64,000 nt of DNA from Mycobacteriales bacterium (GCA_038253225.1 JBBSHH010000003.1:545-64544), one strand, 5' to 3'. Counted from the stretch's first letter, positions 18,215-27,294 are shown. The notes: generated by a model not told the origin, from the letters alone. Numbers and translations: made by a program.

Positions 18215-19066
18215 ATGACCGAAAGCCGGGGTACGCCGGCGGCGCCCCGCCCGATCGACCCGGACCGGCCACTCGCCGGGTCGGGCAGCGGCCCGGACGG
18301 CCACCCGCGGGAGAAGCAGCGCGGCCCGGTGACGCTGCGCCGGGGACAGGTGCAGGCCTCGACGACCGACCAGCGGCTTCTCGACACCCGCGGACCGTCC
18401 GACTGGGTGCACACCGACCCCTGGCGGGTGCTGCGCATCCAGTCCGAATTCGTCGAGGGTTTCGGCCTGCTGGCCGAGCTGCCCCGCGCCGTCAGCGTGT
18501 TCGGCTCGGCCCGCACGGTGCCGGGCACTCCCGACTACGTCGCCGGCGAGCTGCTCGGCGCGGCGCTGGCCCGGGCCGGCTACGCCGTCATCACCGGTGG
18601 CGGCCCCGGCGTGATGGAGGCCGCCAACAAGGGCGCCTGCGAGGCGGGCGGCATCTCGGTCGGGCTGGGGATCGAGCTGCCGTTCGAGCAGCGGATCAAC
18701 GACTGGGTCGACATCGGCGTCCAGTTCCGGTACTTCTTTGCCCGCAAGACGATGTTCCTCAAGTACGCGCAGGCGTTCGTCGTGCTGCCCGGCGGGTTCG
18801 GCACCCTCGACGAGCTGTTCGAGGCGCTCACGCTGGTGCAGACCCGCAAGGTCACGTCCTTTCCCGTGCTGCTCTACGGGTCGGCGTACTGGAGCGGCCT
18901 GCTGGAGTGGATCCGCGCGACGCTGCTCGCCGAGGGAAAGGTCGCCCCGGCCGACCTCGCGCTGCTGCAGGTCAGCGACGACGTGGACGAGATCGTCTCG
19001 ATCATCCGGCGGTCCGACGACGACCAGGACGAGGCTGAGCACCGCAGCGCGGCGGACCTGCCCTGA
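18215..19066 (+). CDS. LOG family protein, long (type II) form (cytokinin riboside 5-prime-monophosphate phosphoribohydrolase-like)
   Basis: SVFGSARTVPGTPDY and VLPGGFGTLDELFE are LOG / TIGR00730 Rossmann signatures. About 80 extra residues lie at the N-terminus. Confidence 0.85.
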   Translation: MTESRGTPAAPRPIDPDRPLAGSGSGPDGHPREKQRGPVTLRRGQVQASTTDQRLLDTRGPSDWVHTDPWRVLRIQSEFVEGFGLLAELPRAVSVFGSARTVPGTPDYVAGELLGAALARAGYAVITGGGPGVMEAANKGACEAGGISVGLGIELPFEQRINDWVDIGVQFRYFFARKTMFLKYAQAFVVLPGGFGTLDELFEALTLVQTRKVTSFPVLLYGSAYWSGLLEWIRATLLAEGKVAPADLALLQVSDDVDEIVSIIRRSDDDQDEAEHRSAADLP

Positions 19067-19653
19067 TGGCCGCCGTCTGCGTGTTCTGTGCCTCCAGCGA
19101 GCGGATAGACCGGCGCTACGTCGAGCTGGCGAGCGCGGTCGGCGCCGAGCTCGCCCACCGCGGTCACGAGCTGGTCACCGGCGGTGGCAGCGTCTCCTGC
19201 ATGGGGGCGGTGGCCCGGGCCGCCCGGGCCGGCGGCGCGCGCACCGTCGGGGTCATCCCGCGGGCGCTGCTCGACCTCGAGGTCGCCGACGACGACGCCG
19301 ACGAGCTGCTGGTCACCGAGGACATGCGCCAGCGCAAGGCCGAGATGGACCGCCGGGCCGACGCGTTCCTCACGCTGCCGGGCGGCATCGGCACGCTCGA
19401 GGAGCTGCTCGAGGTGTGGACCGCGCGCACCCTCGGACTGCACGACAAGCCGGTGGTGGTGCTGGACCCCGACGGGGCGTTCGGGCCGCTGCGGGCGCAG
19501 ATCGACCTGCTGGTCGGCGCCGGCTTCGCCCGCCCGGCGATCCACGACTCGATCCGGTGGGCCACCCGGGTGCCGGAGGCGTTCGACCTGCTCGAGGCCC
19601 GGCACCGGACGCTGCCACCCACGCCGGACGAGGTGCTCGAGGCCGAGCCGTAG
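19066..19653 (+). CDS. LOG family protein, short (type I) form
   Basis: VCVFCASS...VTGGGSVSCMGAVA...TLPGGIGTLEELLE. The start ATG overlaps the stop of the preceding LOG gene (TGATG). Confidence 0.85.
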   Translation: MAAVCVFCASSERIDRRYVELASAVGAELAHRGHELVTGGGSVSCMGAVARAARAGGARTVGVIPRALLDLEVADDDADELLVTEDMRQRKAEMDRRADAFLTLPGGIGTLEELLEVWTARTLGLHDKPVVVLDPDGAFGPLRAQIDLLVGAGFARPAIHDSIRWATRVPEAFDLLEARHRTLPPTPDEVLEAEP

Positions 19654-19716
19654 CCCGGCGGTCGGCCCTAGCCCCGCCGCCGGGCGCGGCGCCGGCCCGA
19701 TGTCGAGGGCCTGGTG

Positions 19717-20229
19717 TCAGGCGCCCGAGCGCACCGGCGCGGCCGGGCGCACCCGGACGGCGCGGGCGGTCAGCTGGCCGTCGGCCCTGGTGGCCAGCAC
19801 CTCGACCGACTGGCCGGCGGCCAGCGGGGTCACCGGGGTGGTGGCTCCGGCCGCCGGCTTGCCGGCCCGCACCCTGGTCGCTGCGGTCCGGACGTACGTC
19901 GCGGTGAAGCCGTCCGCGCTGCGTACGGTCAGCGACGTCGTGCTGACCGCGGTGACGAGGCCCTTCTGGACGTCCACGGTGGCGAACCCGCCGTGCTTGG
20001 TGCGCACCACGGCCTCTGCGTGCAGGGCCCGGTGGCCGAGGCGGTCCAGCGGCCCGCGCCGCCGGTCGGCGTCGGCCGCCTTGGGTGCGGCCGCTGCGGC
20101 GGCGGCGGCGGGCTGCGCGCCGGACCCGCCGGTCTTCGCCTGGGCGACCCCGGCGGCCAGCGCGACGCCGAGCACGGCGGCGGCGGTCCACGCGACGACC
20201 GAGGTGGCGGTGCGGGTGCGGAGCTTCAT
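19717..20229 (-). CDS. secreted hypothetical protein with signal peptide
   Basis: ATG at 20229 preceded by AAAGGA. Signal peptide MKLRTRTATSVVAWTAAAVLGVALAAGVAQA, then an Ala-rich linker and a beta-rich C-terminal domain. The upstream 60 codons of the track ORF are Arg/Pro junk. Confidence 0.5.
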   Translation of the reverse strand: MKLRTRTATSVVAWTAAAVLGVALAAGVAQAKTGGSGAQPAAAAAAAAPKAADADRRRGPLDRLGHRALHAEAVVRTKHGGFATVDVQKGLVTAVSTTSLTVRSADGFTATYVRTAATRVRAGKPAAGATTPVTPLAAGQSVEVLATRADGQLTARAVRVRPAAPVRSGA

Positions 20230-20427
20230 CGGGTGTCCTTTGGCGGGCGGGCAGGCCGGCGGGCAGGCAGGCAGGTGGGTCGGCGGGCGGACGCCGGCTG
20301 GCGATGCCCATCCTGCGGTGCGGCTGTGCGGCTCGGGTCGGCGCCGGGTTCGGGTTGTGTAAGGGCGACACCCCGACCCCCCTCGCCGCCGACCGGACCG
20401 GCCCGCTCGCCGTGGCACGATCGCCGG

Positions 20428-20763
20428 GTGGTCGCGCTCACGGCGGTGCTCGTCGCCCTCGTCCTGTTCGCGGTGGCGGCGGTGGCGGCCGGGCGGGGTG
20501 GCAGCTTGCAGATGGAGGACCGAGCGACCGGCGGCCGGCCGTTGCCGCTCGACCGACCGGTGGCGGCGGCGGACATCGCGGCGCTGCGGTTCGGGCTGGC
20601 GTTGCGCGGCTACCGGATGGCGGAGGTGGACGCCGCGTTGGACCGGCTCGGCAACGCGCTGCTCGACCGGGACGGTCGGATCGCGGCGTTGGAGGCCGAG
20701 CTCGGCCGCCCCGGCCGGGCCACCGGACCCGACGCATACCCCGAGGTGCCGCCGGCCGGCTGA
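20428..20763 (+). CDS. small membrane-anchored DivIVA-domain protein
   Basis: TM helix VVALTAVLVALVLFAVAAVAA, then the DivIVA N-terminal motif FGLALRGYRMAEVDAALDRL. GTG at 20428. Confidence 0.55.
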   Translation: MVALTAVLVALVLFAVAAVAAGRGGSLQMEDRATGGRPLPLDRPVAAADIAALRFGLALRGYRMAEVDAALDRLGNALLDRDGRIAALEAELGRPGRATGPDAYPEVPPAG

Positions 20764-20780
20764 CCGGCCACAATCCGGTC

Positions 20781-21245
20781 ATGGTCGAAGCCGGCATCGC
20801 CGAACTGCGTCTGCATGTCGACGTCGAGGCCGCACCGGCGGTGACGTGGGCGGCGATGACCGACTGGGACCGGCAGGGTGAGTGGATGCTCGCCACCTCG
20901 GTCCGGGGCACCGTCGCCGCCGGGCACGGCGTCGGCGGCCAACTGGTGGCGGTCACCGGCCGCCGCCCGTTGGCCTTCCGGGACCCGATGGTGATCACGA
21001 CGTGGGAGCCGCCGTACCGCTGCGTGGTGCGCCACACCGGCCGGTTGGTCCGCGGGGTGGGGATCTTCGAGGTCGCCGAGCTGCCGGGCGGCCGGTCCCG
21101 CTTCATCTGGGTCGAGCAGCTGGTGCTGCCGCTGGGGTGGCTCGGCGAGCTCGGCTTCGGGTTGCTGCGGCCGCTGGCGCGGGTCGGGGTCCGGTACTCC
21201 CTACGCCGGTTCGCCCGCTGGGCACCGACCCGAGGTGGGAGCTGA
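20781..21245 (+). CDS. SRPBCC family protein (polyketide cyclase/dehydrase-like, START fold)
   Basis: ATG at 20781. About 150 aa with SRPBCC pattern (AAMTDWDRQGEWM...VRHTGRLVRGVGIFEV). Confidence 0.7.
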   Translation: MVEAGIAELRLHVDVEAAPAVTWAAMTDWDRQGEWMLATSVRGTVAAGHGVGGQLVAVTGRRPLAFRDPMVITTWEPPYRCVVRHTGRLVRGVGIFEVAELPGGRSRFIWVEQLVLPLGWLGELGFGLLRPLARVGVRYSLRRFARWAPTRGGS

Positions 21246-21811
21246 CCGGTCTGCTGCTCGGCGGCGACGGCCGGGTCCGCTGCGGCTGGGCCGGCGCGGC
21301 CCCCGACTACACCGGCTACCACGACGACGAGTGGGGCCGGCCGGTCCGCGACGACGACGGCATCTACGAGCGGCTCTGCCTGGAGGCGTTCCAGTCGGGG
21401 CTGTCGTGGCTGACGATCCTGCGCAAGCGGCCGGCGTTGCGGGCCGCGTTCGCCGGCTTCGTCATCGACCGGGTCGCCGCGTTCACCGACGACGACGTAC
21501 GCCGGCTGCTGGCCGACCCCGGCATCGTCCGCAACCGGGCGAAGGTGGCGGCGGCGATCGGCAACGCCCGCGCGGCGGCGGCGGTGCCGGGCGGGGTGGC
21601 GGCGCTGGTCTGGTCGCACGCCCCCGGGCCGCGGCCGGCCCCGGCCACCCCGGCGGAGGTGCCGGCCCGGACGCCGGAGTCCGACGCCCTCGCCGCGGAG
21701 CTCAAGCGACGCGGGTTCTCCTTCGTGGGGCCGACGACGGCGTACGCCCTGATGCAGGCCTGCGGGCTGGTGGACGACCATCTCGCCGGTTGCTGGCGGC
21801 GCGGCGGCTGA
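21242..21811 (+). CDS. tag: DNA-3-methyladenine glycosylase I
   Basis: YHDDEWGRPVRDDDGIYERLCLEAFQSGLSWLTILRKR is a near-consensus Tag signature. There is no canonical start between the SRPBCC stop and the VRCGW region; the candidates are CTG at 21242 and GTG at 21137. Confidence 0.85.
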   Translation: MTGLLLGGDGRVRCGWAGAAPDYTGYHDDEWGRPVRDDDGIYERLCLEAFQSGLSWLTILRKRPALRAAFAGFVIDRVAAFTDDDVRRLLADPGIVRNRAKVAAAIGNARAAAAVPGGVAALVWSHAPGPRPAPATPAEVPARTPESDALAAELKRRGFSFVGPTTAYALMQACGLVDDHLAGCWRRGG

Positions 21812-22291
21812 CCCCTCGACCCGAGCAGCCAGCCGGTCGGCCGTCCCGGCGTGACCACCGGGAACGGTCGGGTTGGCGGGGACGCTGTTCGCAACCCGTA
21901 AGCGGGAGGCACCTGGCGTCGGTCGGCCGGGCATCGCAGGGTGGCACCCATGAGTCGTGGCGTCCGCGCAGTTGCCGCTCGCGGTGCGGCGGTCGCGGTG
22001 CTCGCCGCGGTCCTCACCCGGTTGCTGGGGCGGCTGGTGCCCCGGCTGGTGCCGAGCCCGCCAGCCGAGTGGGTGGCCGAGGCTCCACCGGTGGTCGAGC
22101 CCCGGCCGGGGGCCACCACGCCGACCACGCCGCCGGCGCTCCGCCCGGCCGCCGGCGGCAACTCCGGGCGGCGGGAAGCGCGCGGCGTCCCCCCGGCCAG
22201 CGCTCCCGCCGCCCCACCCGGTCCCCGCAGCTGTCGCCGCCGGCCGGCTATCCGGTCCCAGCGGTCTCAGCGGTCTCTGGGCGGCTGCCCG

Positions 22292-23422
22292 CTACCGAGC
22301 TAGCGGCGGCGCCGGCGGCGCCGACGGGACCATGTCGACAGCGGGCATCAGCAGCGCCGCCGCGGCGGCCCGGGCCCGGTCCGGCCGGCTCAGGACTTCG
22401 GTGCTGTCGACGAACTGATCGACCCCACCGACCATCGGCAACGCTCGTACCTCGGCGTCGGTGACCCCCTGCAGCAGCGCGACGCTGAACCGCCCGGCGC
22501 CGATCACCGCGAACGGCCGGTCGTAGTAGTCGCGGGTCGAGGGGTCCAGGGGTGCGGTGAGCGCGAGCTCGTTGTGGAGCCCGGCCGCCGATCGGTAGGC
22601 GCGGCCGAGGGCGGCCTCTCGGGCGGCCCACGGTCCGGCTCCCAAGGCGATGATCAGGTCGGGACCGAGCAGCGGTCCGGCCCGGGAGCCGGCGAACGCC
22701 GAACCCAGCCACTTGGTGTACGGCGGGTAGCGGCGAGACATGAGCAGGCACAGCCGCATCAGCTCCCGCCCCAGGCGGGCGGTCACCAGCCGTGCCCCGA
22801 GGTCGTCCCCCACCTCCGCGCACCGACCGGGGAAGGCCTCCTCCTGAGCGATCCGCTGCCACTGGCAGGCCAGCAGGTAGCGCCAGATGCTCTCCGGGTA
22901 CCAGCGCAGCAACGCCCGGGCCGCCGTCAGCTCGCCGGGTCCGTCGGTGCAGACCACGCCCCCGACCGTCTCGGCGAGCCGTTGCGTCGGCGTGGCCAGC
23001 CAGTCGAACGTGGCGACGCCGGACCTGGGGTCGAAGCCGAGCTGTCCGCGCAGCCAATCGCCGAGACCGGTGACGCCGACCCGGTGCGCGCGCGGACCGG
23101 CGGTCGCTTCGGCCCGGTGGGTCGCCGCGTCCGGCGACCCGAAGTCGGTCGGCCAGCCGTCGAAGACCGCCGGTAGTCGGACGGACAGCATCCGGGCGAC
23201 GTCCTCGGCCAGCCGCGGCGCGTCGTCGTCGTCGAGGAACACCGTCAGCCGCGGTCCCCAGTCGTGGTCGGTCGACCGCTCGGTGTCGAAGCCCAGGACG
23301 TCGGAGCCCGCACCCAGGTGCGCCACGGCGTAGCTCAGTTGGGGGAACGCGTCGTCGAGCAGCGGCCGGACAGCCTCCCGGAAGAACCGGCCGGCCAGCT
23401 CGAGGCCGGGTCGAAACGGCAT
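22292..23422 (-). CDS. hypothetical protein, DUF4037/nucleotidyltransferase-like
   Basis: 376-aa ORF with balanced, non-repetitive composition (Trp, Tyr, Cys, His present). The N-terminal region resembles the nucleotidyltransferase-fold GS...D motif. I recognise no firm family. Confidence 0.65.
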   Translation of the reverse strand: MPFRPGLELAGRFFREAVRPLLDDAFPQLSYAVAHLGAGSDVLGFDTERSTDHDWGPRLTVFLDDDDAPRLAEDVARMLSVRLPAVFDGWPTDFGSPDAATHRAEATAGPRAHRVGVTGLGDWLRGQLGFDPRSGVATFDWLATPTQRLAETVGGVVCTDGPGELTAARALLRWYPESIWRYLLACQWQRIAQEEAFPGRCAEVGDDLGARLVTARLGRELMRLCLLMSRRYPPYTKWLGSAFAGSRAGPLLGPDLIIALGAGPWAAREAALGRAYRSAAGLHNELALTAPLDPSTRDYYDRPFAVIGAGRFSVALLQGVTDAEVRALPMVGGVDQFVDSTEVLSRPDRARAAAAALLMPAVDMVPSAPPAPPLAR

Positions 23423-23434
23423 CGGCCGGCCGGC

Positions 23435-24229
23435 TCAGCGCCCGATGAAGACCGGGGCGGTCTTTGCGACGAACGCGGCGGTGGCGCTCCGGTGGTCGGC
23501 CGTCGCACCGGCCGCCGCCTGTTGGCGCGCCTCGTGCTCCAGCGCCGTGGGCAGGTCCGCGGCCGCGGAGTAGGCCAGCTGGGCCTTGATGGCGGCGTAC
23601 GCCGCGGTGGGTCCGGCCGCCAGCCGCCCGGCCAGCTCGGCGGCGGCGGCGGCCAGGTCGGCGGCCGGCAGCACCGCGTTGACCAGCCCCATCTCCAGGG
23701 CAGCCGGCGCACCGACCGGCTCGGCGAGCATGAGCAGCGCGGTGGCCCGGCCGTAGCCGACCAGCCGCTGCAGCGTCCACGACGCACCGGTGTCGGCTCC
23801 GAGCCCGACCCGGGCGAAGGCCAGCAGGAACGCTGCCGAATCCGCCGCCAGCCGGAAGTCGGCGGCGAACGCCAGCGACGCGCCGGCACCGGCCGCCATC
23901 CCGTTGACGGCGGCCAGCACCGGCTTCGGCATCGTCGCGACCGTCAGCGCGATCGGGTTGAAGTGCGCTCGAACCGTGTCCTCGACGCCGCGCCCGCCCG
24001 CGGCCAGGACCTCCGCGTGCTCGCGCAGGTCCTGACCGACGCAGAACGCCCGGCCGGCGCCGGTGAGCACGACCGCGCGGACCGAACCGTCGGCGTCGGC
24101 CCGGCGCAGAGCGGCGAGCAGCCCCTCCTTGACCGCCACCGACATCGCGTTGAGGCTGTCGGGGCGGTTCAGCGTCAGCGTCGCGACGCCGCCGGCGATG
24201 TCGTAGCGGACCGGGTCGGACACGGGCAC
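23435..24229 (-). CDS. enoyl-CoA hydratase/isomerase (crotonase family)
   Basis: VVLTGAGRAFCVGQDL oxyanion-hole motif, a second FRLAADSA...VGLGAD region, and crotonase-fold length. Confidence 0.9.
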   Translation of the reverse strand: MPVSDPVRYDIAGGVATLTLNRPDSLNAMSVAVKEGLLAALRRADADGSVRAVVLTGAGRAFCVGQDLREHAEVLAAGGRGVEDTVRAHFNPIALTVATMPKPVLAAVNGMAAGAGASLAFAADFRLAADSAAFLLAFARVGLGADTGASWTLQRLVGYGRATALLMLAEPVGAPAALEMGLVNAVLPAADLAAAAAELAGRLAAGPTAAYAAIKAQLAYSAAADLPTALEHEARQQAAAGATADHRSATAAFVAKTAPVFIGR

Positions 24230-24232
24230 TCC

Positions 24233-25018
24233 TTAGCCGCCGGGAACCAGGGCGGTGTCGACGAAGCGGTTCGCGGCCGGCCGCAACCGGCCCGACTCGG
24301 CGTCGAAGAACGCCGCCGCCTTCTCCGCCGGCCAGGCCGGCGACAGCAGGGGCCGGGGGAGCCCCGGGTCACGGAAGAGGAACTTGCGCCACTCGTGGAC
24401 CAGCCGGCTGCGGGCGGCGAACGCGGCTTCGTCGCTCGGCTCCGGGCCGGCCGTGTCGACGATCGCGGCGGCGTCGACCAGCCACCGTTCATAGGCGCGG
24501 GCGATGCCGTCGAGGTCCCACGCCCGGCTGACCAGCGTCAGCGAGTCGCCGTCGTGCGCCGCGGTGAAGCGCTCCGCCCGCACCGACTCGGCGCCCAGCA
24601 GCGCGTCGACCTCCGGCGAGGCCCGGGCCGCGATCCAGGTGGTGTCCTTCAGCGCCGCGTAGCCGAGGTAGGACATCCCGGACCGCAGCCGTTCCCGAGT
24701 CGAGCGGTCCGGGGGCCGGTCGGTGACGAGCAGGTGCCAGCGGCCGTCCCAGTCGGCGCTGCGGGTGCGGTAGACCCGGCTGGCGGCCTCCGCCAGCCGG
24801 CGCTGCGCCCGCGGTGTCACCGCGTACCCGGCCCCGCTGTCGAGCCGCCGGGGCGTCAGCCAACCCTGCCGCACCATCCGCGACACCGCGGTGCGGACCG
24901 CCGGAGCGGCCACGTCCAGCGGTGCCAGCAGCCGCACCAGCGCCGCGACCGGAGCGACCCCACCGCGGCCCACCAGGTGGTCGCCGTAGAGGTCGAACAG
25001 CGCCGAACGCGCGTTCAT
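24233..25018 (-). CDS. paaX: PaaX family transcriptional regulator
   Basis: MNARSALFDLYGDHL...LVRLLAPLDV...RTAVSRMVRQGWL is the PaaX N-terminal winged HTH, followed by the PaaX C-terminal domain. ATG at 25018; upstream track residues are junk. Confidence 0.8.
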   Translation of the reverse strand: MNARSALFDLYGDHLVGRGGVAPVAALVRLLAPLDVAAPAVRTAVSRMVRQGWLTPRRLDSGAGYAVTPRAQRRLAEAASRVYRTRSADWDGRWHLLVTDRPPDRSTRERLRSGMSYLGYAALKDTTWIAARASPEVDALLGAESVRAERFTAAHDGDSLTLVSRAWDLDGIARAYERWLVDAAAIVDTAGPEPSDEAAFAARSRLVHEWRKFLFRDPGLPRPLLSPAWPAEKAAAFFDAESGRLRPAANRFVDTALVPGG

Positions 25019-25194
25019 CGCAGGCTCTCCGGCCGCCCACGGGTCATGCCCGGCAGTATGGCCGGGCGCCGATCCGCGGGTCCAACACCCGCCCATTACC
25101 TTGCGGCGGCCTGAGCAGGGATAATCGTCACCGACGGTGTCGCCGGCCCCGACGGGACCGGCGGCACAACCGTGCATGAGGAAGGGGAGCAGGC

Positions 25195-25362
25195 ATGGCG
25201 GCCATGAAGCCGCGGACGGGTGACGGTCCGCTCGAGGTCACCAAAGAGGGACGCGGCATCGTGATGCGCGTCCCGCTCGAAGGCGGCGGACGGCTCGTCG
25301 TCGAGCTGTCGTCGGACGAGGCCAACAACCTGGGCGACGCGCTCAAGGAAGTCGCCGGCTGA
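25195..25362 (+). CDS. DUF3117 family small protein (55 aa), absent from the ORF track
   Basis: Read directly from the sequence: GAAGGGGAG SD, then ATG. MAAMKPRTGDGPLEVTKEGRGIVMRVPLEGGGRLVVELSSDEANNLGDALKEVAG matches a highly conserved actinobacterial small protein. Confidence 0.8.
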   Translation: MAAMKPRTGDGPLEVTKEGRGIVMRVPLEGGGRLVVELSSDEANNLGDALKEVAG

Positions 25363-25453
25363 CCCGCCGACCCGACCCCCGGAGACCGGTCCGGTCGGCG
25401 CCCCCGCGGGGCGCCGGTCCGGACCGGTCGCCTTCCTCGCCTGCGGAGGTACC

Positions 25454-26929
25454 ATGCCAGCCCCCCCCGAGATCCGGCTGACCACCGGGCCGCTGCTGGG
25501 CGCGCCCTCGCTGGCCGTACCGGTCCACCCGGGACCGGACGGCCCCCGGGTCGGGGCCGGCGCCACCGAGCTCGCCACCGAGCTCGGTCTCGACCTCGGC
25601 GCACACCTGACCCGTTCGGGAGCCACGGGGGAGCCGGGCGAGATCGGGCTGGTGCCGCTGCCGGGGGGTGGCGCCGGCGAGCTGCACCTGGTCGGGGTCG
25701 GCGACGCTTCCCCGGCGGCGCTGCGCAAGGCCGGCGCGGCGCTGGCCCGTGCCACCCGGGACCTCGAGGAGCTGCGCAGCACGGTGGTCAGCGGCTGCGA
25801 GCCGGCCGCGGTGGCGGCGTTCGCGGAGGGGCTGCTGCTCGCCTCGTACACCTACGACGCCGGACGGAGCAAGCCCAAGCCGGCCCGGCTGCGCCGGGTC
25901 GAGCTGGTGACCGAGGACGCCGCCGCCGCCCAGTCGCTGGAGCGGACCGCCCGGGTGGCGACCGCGGTGCGGTTCGCCCGCGACCTGGTCAACACCCCGT
26001 CGCTGGTCAAGACGCCGGCGTGGCTGGCCAACGAGGCCGTCCGGCTGGCCGCCACGAGCGGGCTGCACGTGACGGTGCGGGACGAGAGTGCCCTGGCCGC
26101 CGAGGGGTTCGGCGGGGTGCTGGCCGTCGGCGCCGGCTCCACCCGGCCGCCTCGGCTGGTCGAGCTCCGGTACGCACCACGCGGCGCCCGCCGACACGTG
26201 GTCCTGGTGGGCAAGGGGATCACCTTCGACTCCGGCGGCCTGTCGCTCAAGCCCAACGACGGCATGGTGGCGATGAAGACCGACATGGCCGGCGGCGCCG
26301 CGGTCATCGCGGTCATGTCGGCGCTGCGCGACCTCGGGGTCCGCGCCCGGGTGACGGGGCTGGTGCCTGCGGCGGAGAACCTCCCCTCCGGTACGGCCCA
26401 GCGCCCCGGTGACGTGATCCGGCACTACGGCGGCCGGACCGTGGAGGTGCTCAACACCGACGCCGAGGGCCGGCTGGTCCTCGCCGATGCGCTGGCCTAC
26501 GCCGACCTCCGGCTGCGGCCGGACTACCTCGTGGACATCGCGACCCTGACCGGTGCGGCCAGCCTGGGCCTGGGCAGGCGGCACGGCGCTCTCTACGCGA
26601 GCACCGACGAGCTCGCCGAGGAGCTGCTCGCCGCCGCGGCCGACGCCGGCGAGCGGCTCTGGCGGATGCCGCTGGTCGAGGACTACCGGGACGGCATCGA
26701 CTCCGAGGTGGCCGACCTCGCGAACATCGGCCGCCGGCCCTACCAGGGCGGCTCGATCATCGCCGCGCTGTTCCTGCGGGAGTTCACCGGCGGGCGGCCC
26801 TGGGCGCACCTCGACGTGGCCGGCCCGGCGCGGGCGGAGGGCGACGAGGACGATGTGACGAAGGGCGGCACCGGCTTCGGCGTCCGCCTGCTGCTGCGCT
26901 GGCTCGAGTCGCTGGAGGGCGGGTCCTGA
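25454..26929 (+). CDS. pepA: leucyl aminopeptidase (M17 family)
   Basis: M17 catalytic domain (VLVGKGITFDSGG, NTDAEGRL, metal-binding residues) and N-terminal domain. Confidence 0.9.
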   Translation: MPAPPEIRLTTGPLLGAPSLAVPVHPGPDGPRVGAGATELATELGLDLGAHLTRSGATGEPGEIGLVPLPGGGAGELHLVGVGDASPAALRKAGAALARATRDLEELRSTVVSGCEPAAVAAFAEGLLLASYTYDAGRSKPKPARLRRVELVTEDAAAAQSLERTARVATAVRFARDLVNTPSLVKTPAWLANEAVRLAATSGLHVTVRDESALAAEGFGGVLAVGAGSTRPPRLVELRYAPRGARRHVVLVGKGITFDSGGLSLKPNDGMVAMKTDMAGGAAVIAVMSALRDLGVRARVTGLVPAAENLPSGTAQRPGDVIRHYGGRTVEVLNTDAEGRLVLADALAYADLRLRPDYLVDIATLTGAASLGLGRRHGALYASTDELAEELLAAAADAGERLWRMPLVEDYRDGIDSEVADLANIGRRPYQGGSIIAALFLREFTGGRPWAHLDVAGPARAEGDEDDVTKGGTGFGVRLLLRWLESLEGGS

Positions 26930-27294
26930 TGTTCGGCCTCACTGTCCGATGGTCGTTGATGGGAGCGCCGGCCGGCGCCGCGCAGCGGCTGCGCGCCTAC
27001 GTCCGGGACGAGTCGCTGGCTCGGTTCACCGGGATGCCGGGCCTGCACCAGAAGATCTGGACGCTGCGCGAGGGCGGCTCGTTCTCCGGTACCTACATCT
27101 GGGCGAGCGAGCAGGCCCGCCGGGAGTTCGTGGAGAGGTTCCGCGCGAACCCGAGCGCGGTCACCGACATCATCGGGCAGAGTCCGGACGCGATGGAGGA
27201 GTTCGAGGTCGTCGCGGTCGCGGAGGGCGCCGAGGGCATGCAGGGGCTGACGGCGGCCGGGACGGCGTTCCGGGGTAGCCCCGCGCCCGCTTAG
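26929..27294 (+). CDS. YdhR-like putative monooxygenase (dimeric alpha/beta barrel)
   Basis: GLHQKIWTLREGGSFSGTYIWASEQARREF resembles the YdhR family. The ATG overlaps the pepA stop (TGATG). Confidence 0.6.
   Translation: MFGLTVRWSLMGAPAGAAQRLRAYVRDESLARFTGMPGLHQKIWTLREGGSFSGTYIWASEQARREFVERFRANPSAVTDIIGQSPDAMEEFEVVAVAEGAEGMQGLTAAGTAFRGSPAPA

Noticed and set aside
16988-19042. 684-aa minus-strand ORF antisense to dapE and LOG genes
   Set aside because: Shadow ORF. The sense strand encodes three well-conserved proteins.
20250-20300. GC-rich quasi-repeat ggcgggcaggccggcgggcaggcaggcaggtgggtcggcgggcgg
   Set aside because: Imperfect, short, and lying in the 5-prime leader of the secreted-protein gene. 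I see no CRISPR-like spacer structure and no coding periodicity; it is likely just GC-skewed sequence.
21950-22303. 117-aa Pro-rich plus-strand ORF with a signal-like N-terminus (MSRGVRAVAARGAAVAVLAAVL)
   Set aside because: It overlaps the 3-prime end of the DUF4037 gene and is mostly Pro/Ala/Arg low complexity. I cannot distinguish a real small secreted protein from a shadow ORF, so it is left unannotated.
23264-25114. 616-aa plus-strand ORF antisense to DUF4037, crotonase and paaX
   Set aside because: Shadow ORF with low-complexity translation.
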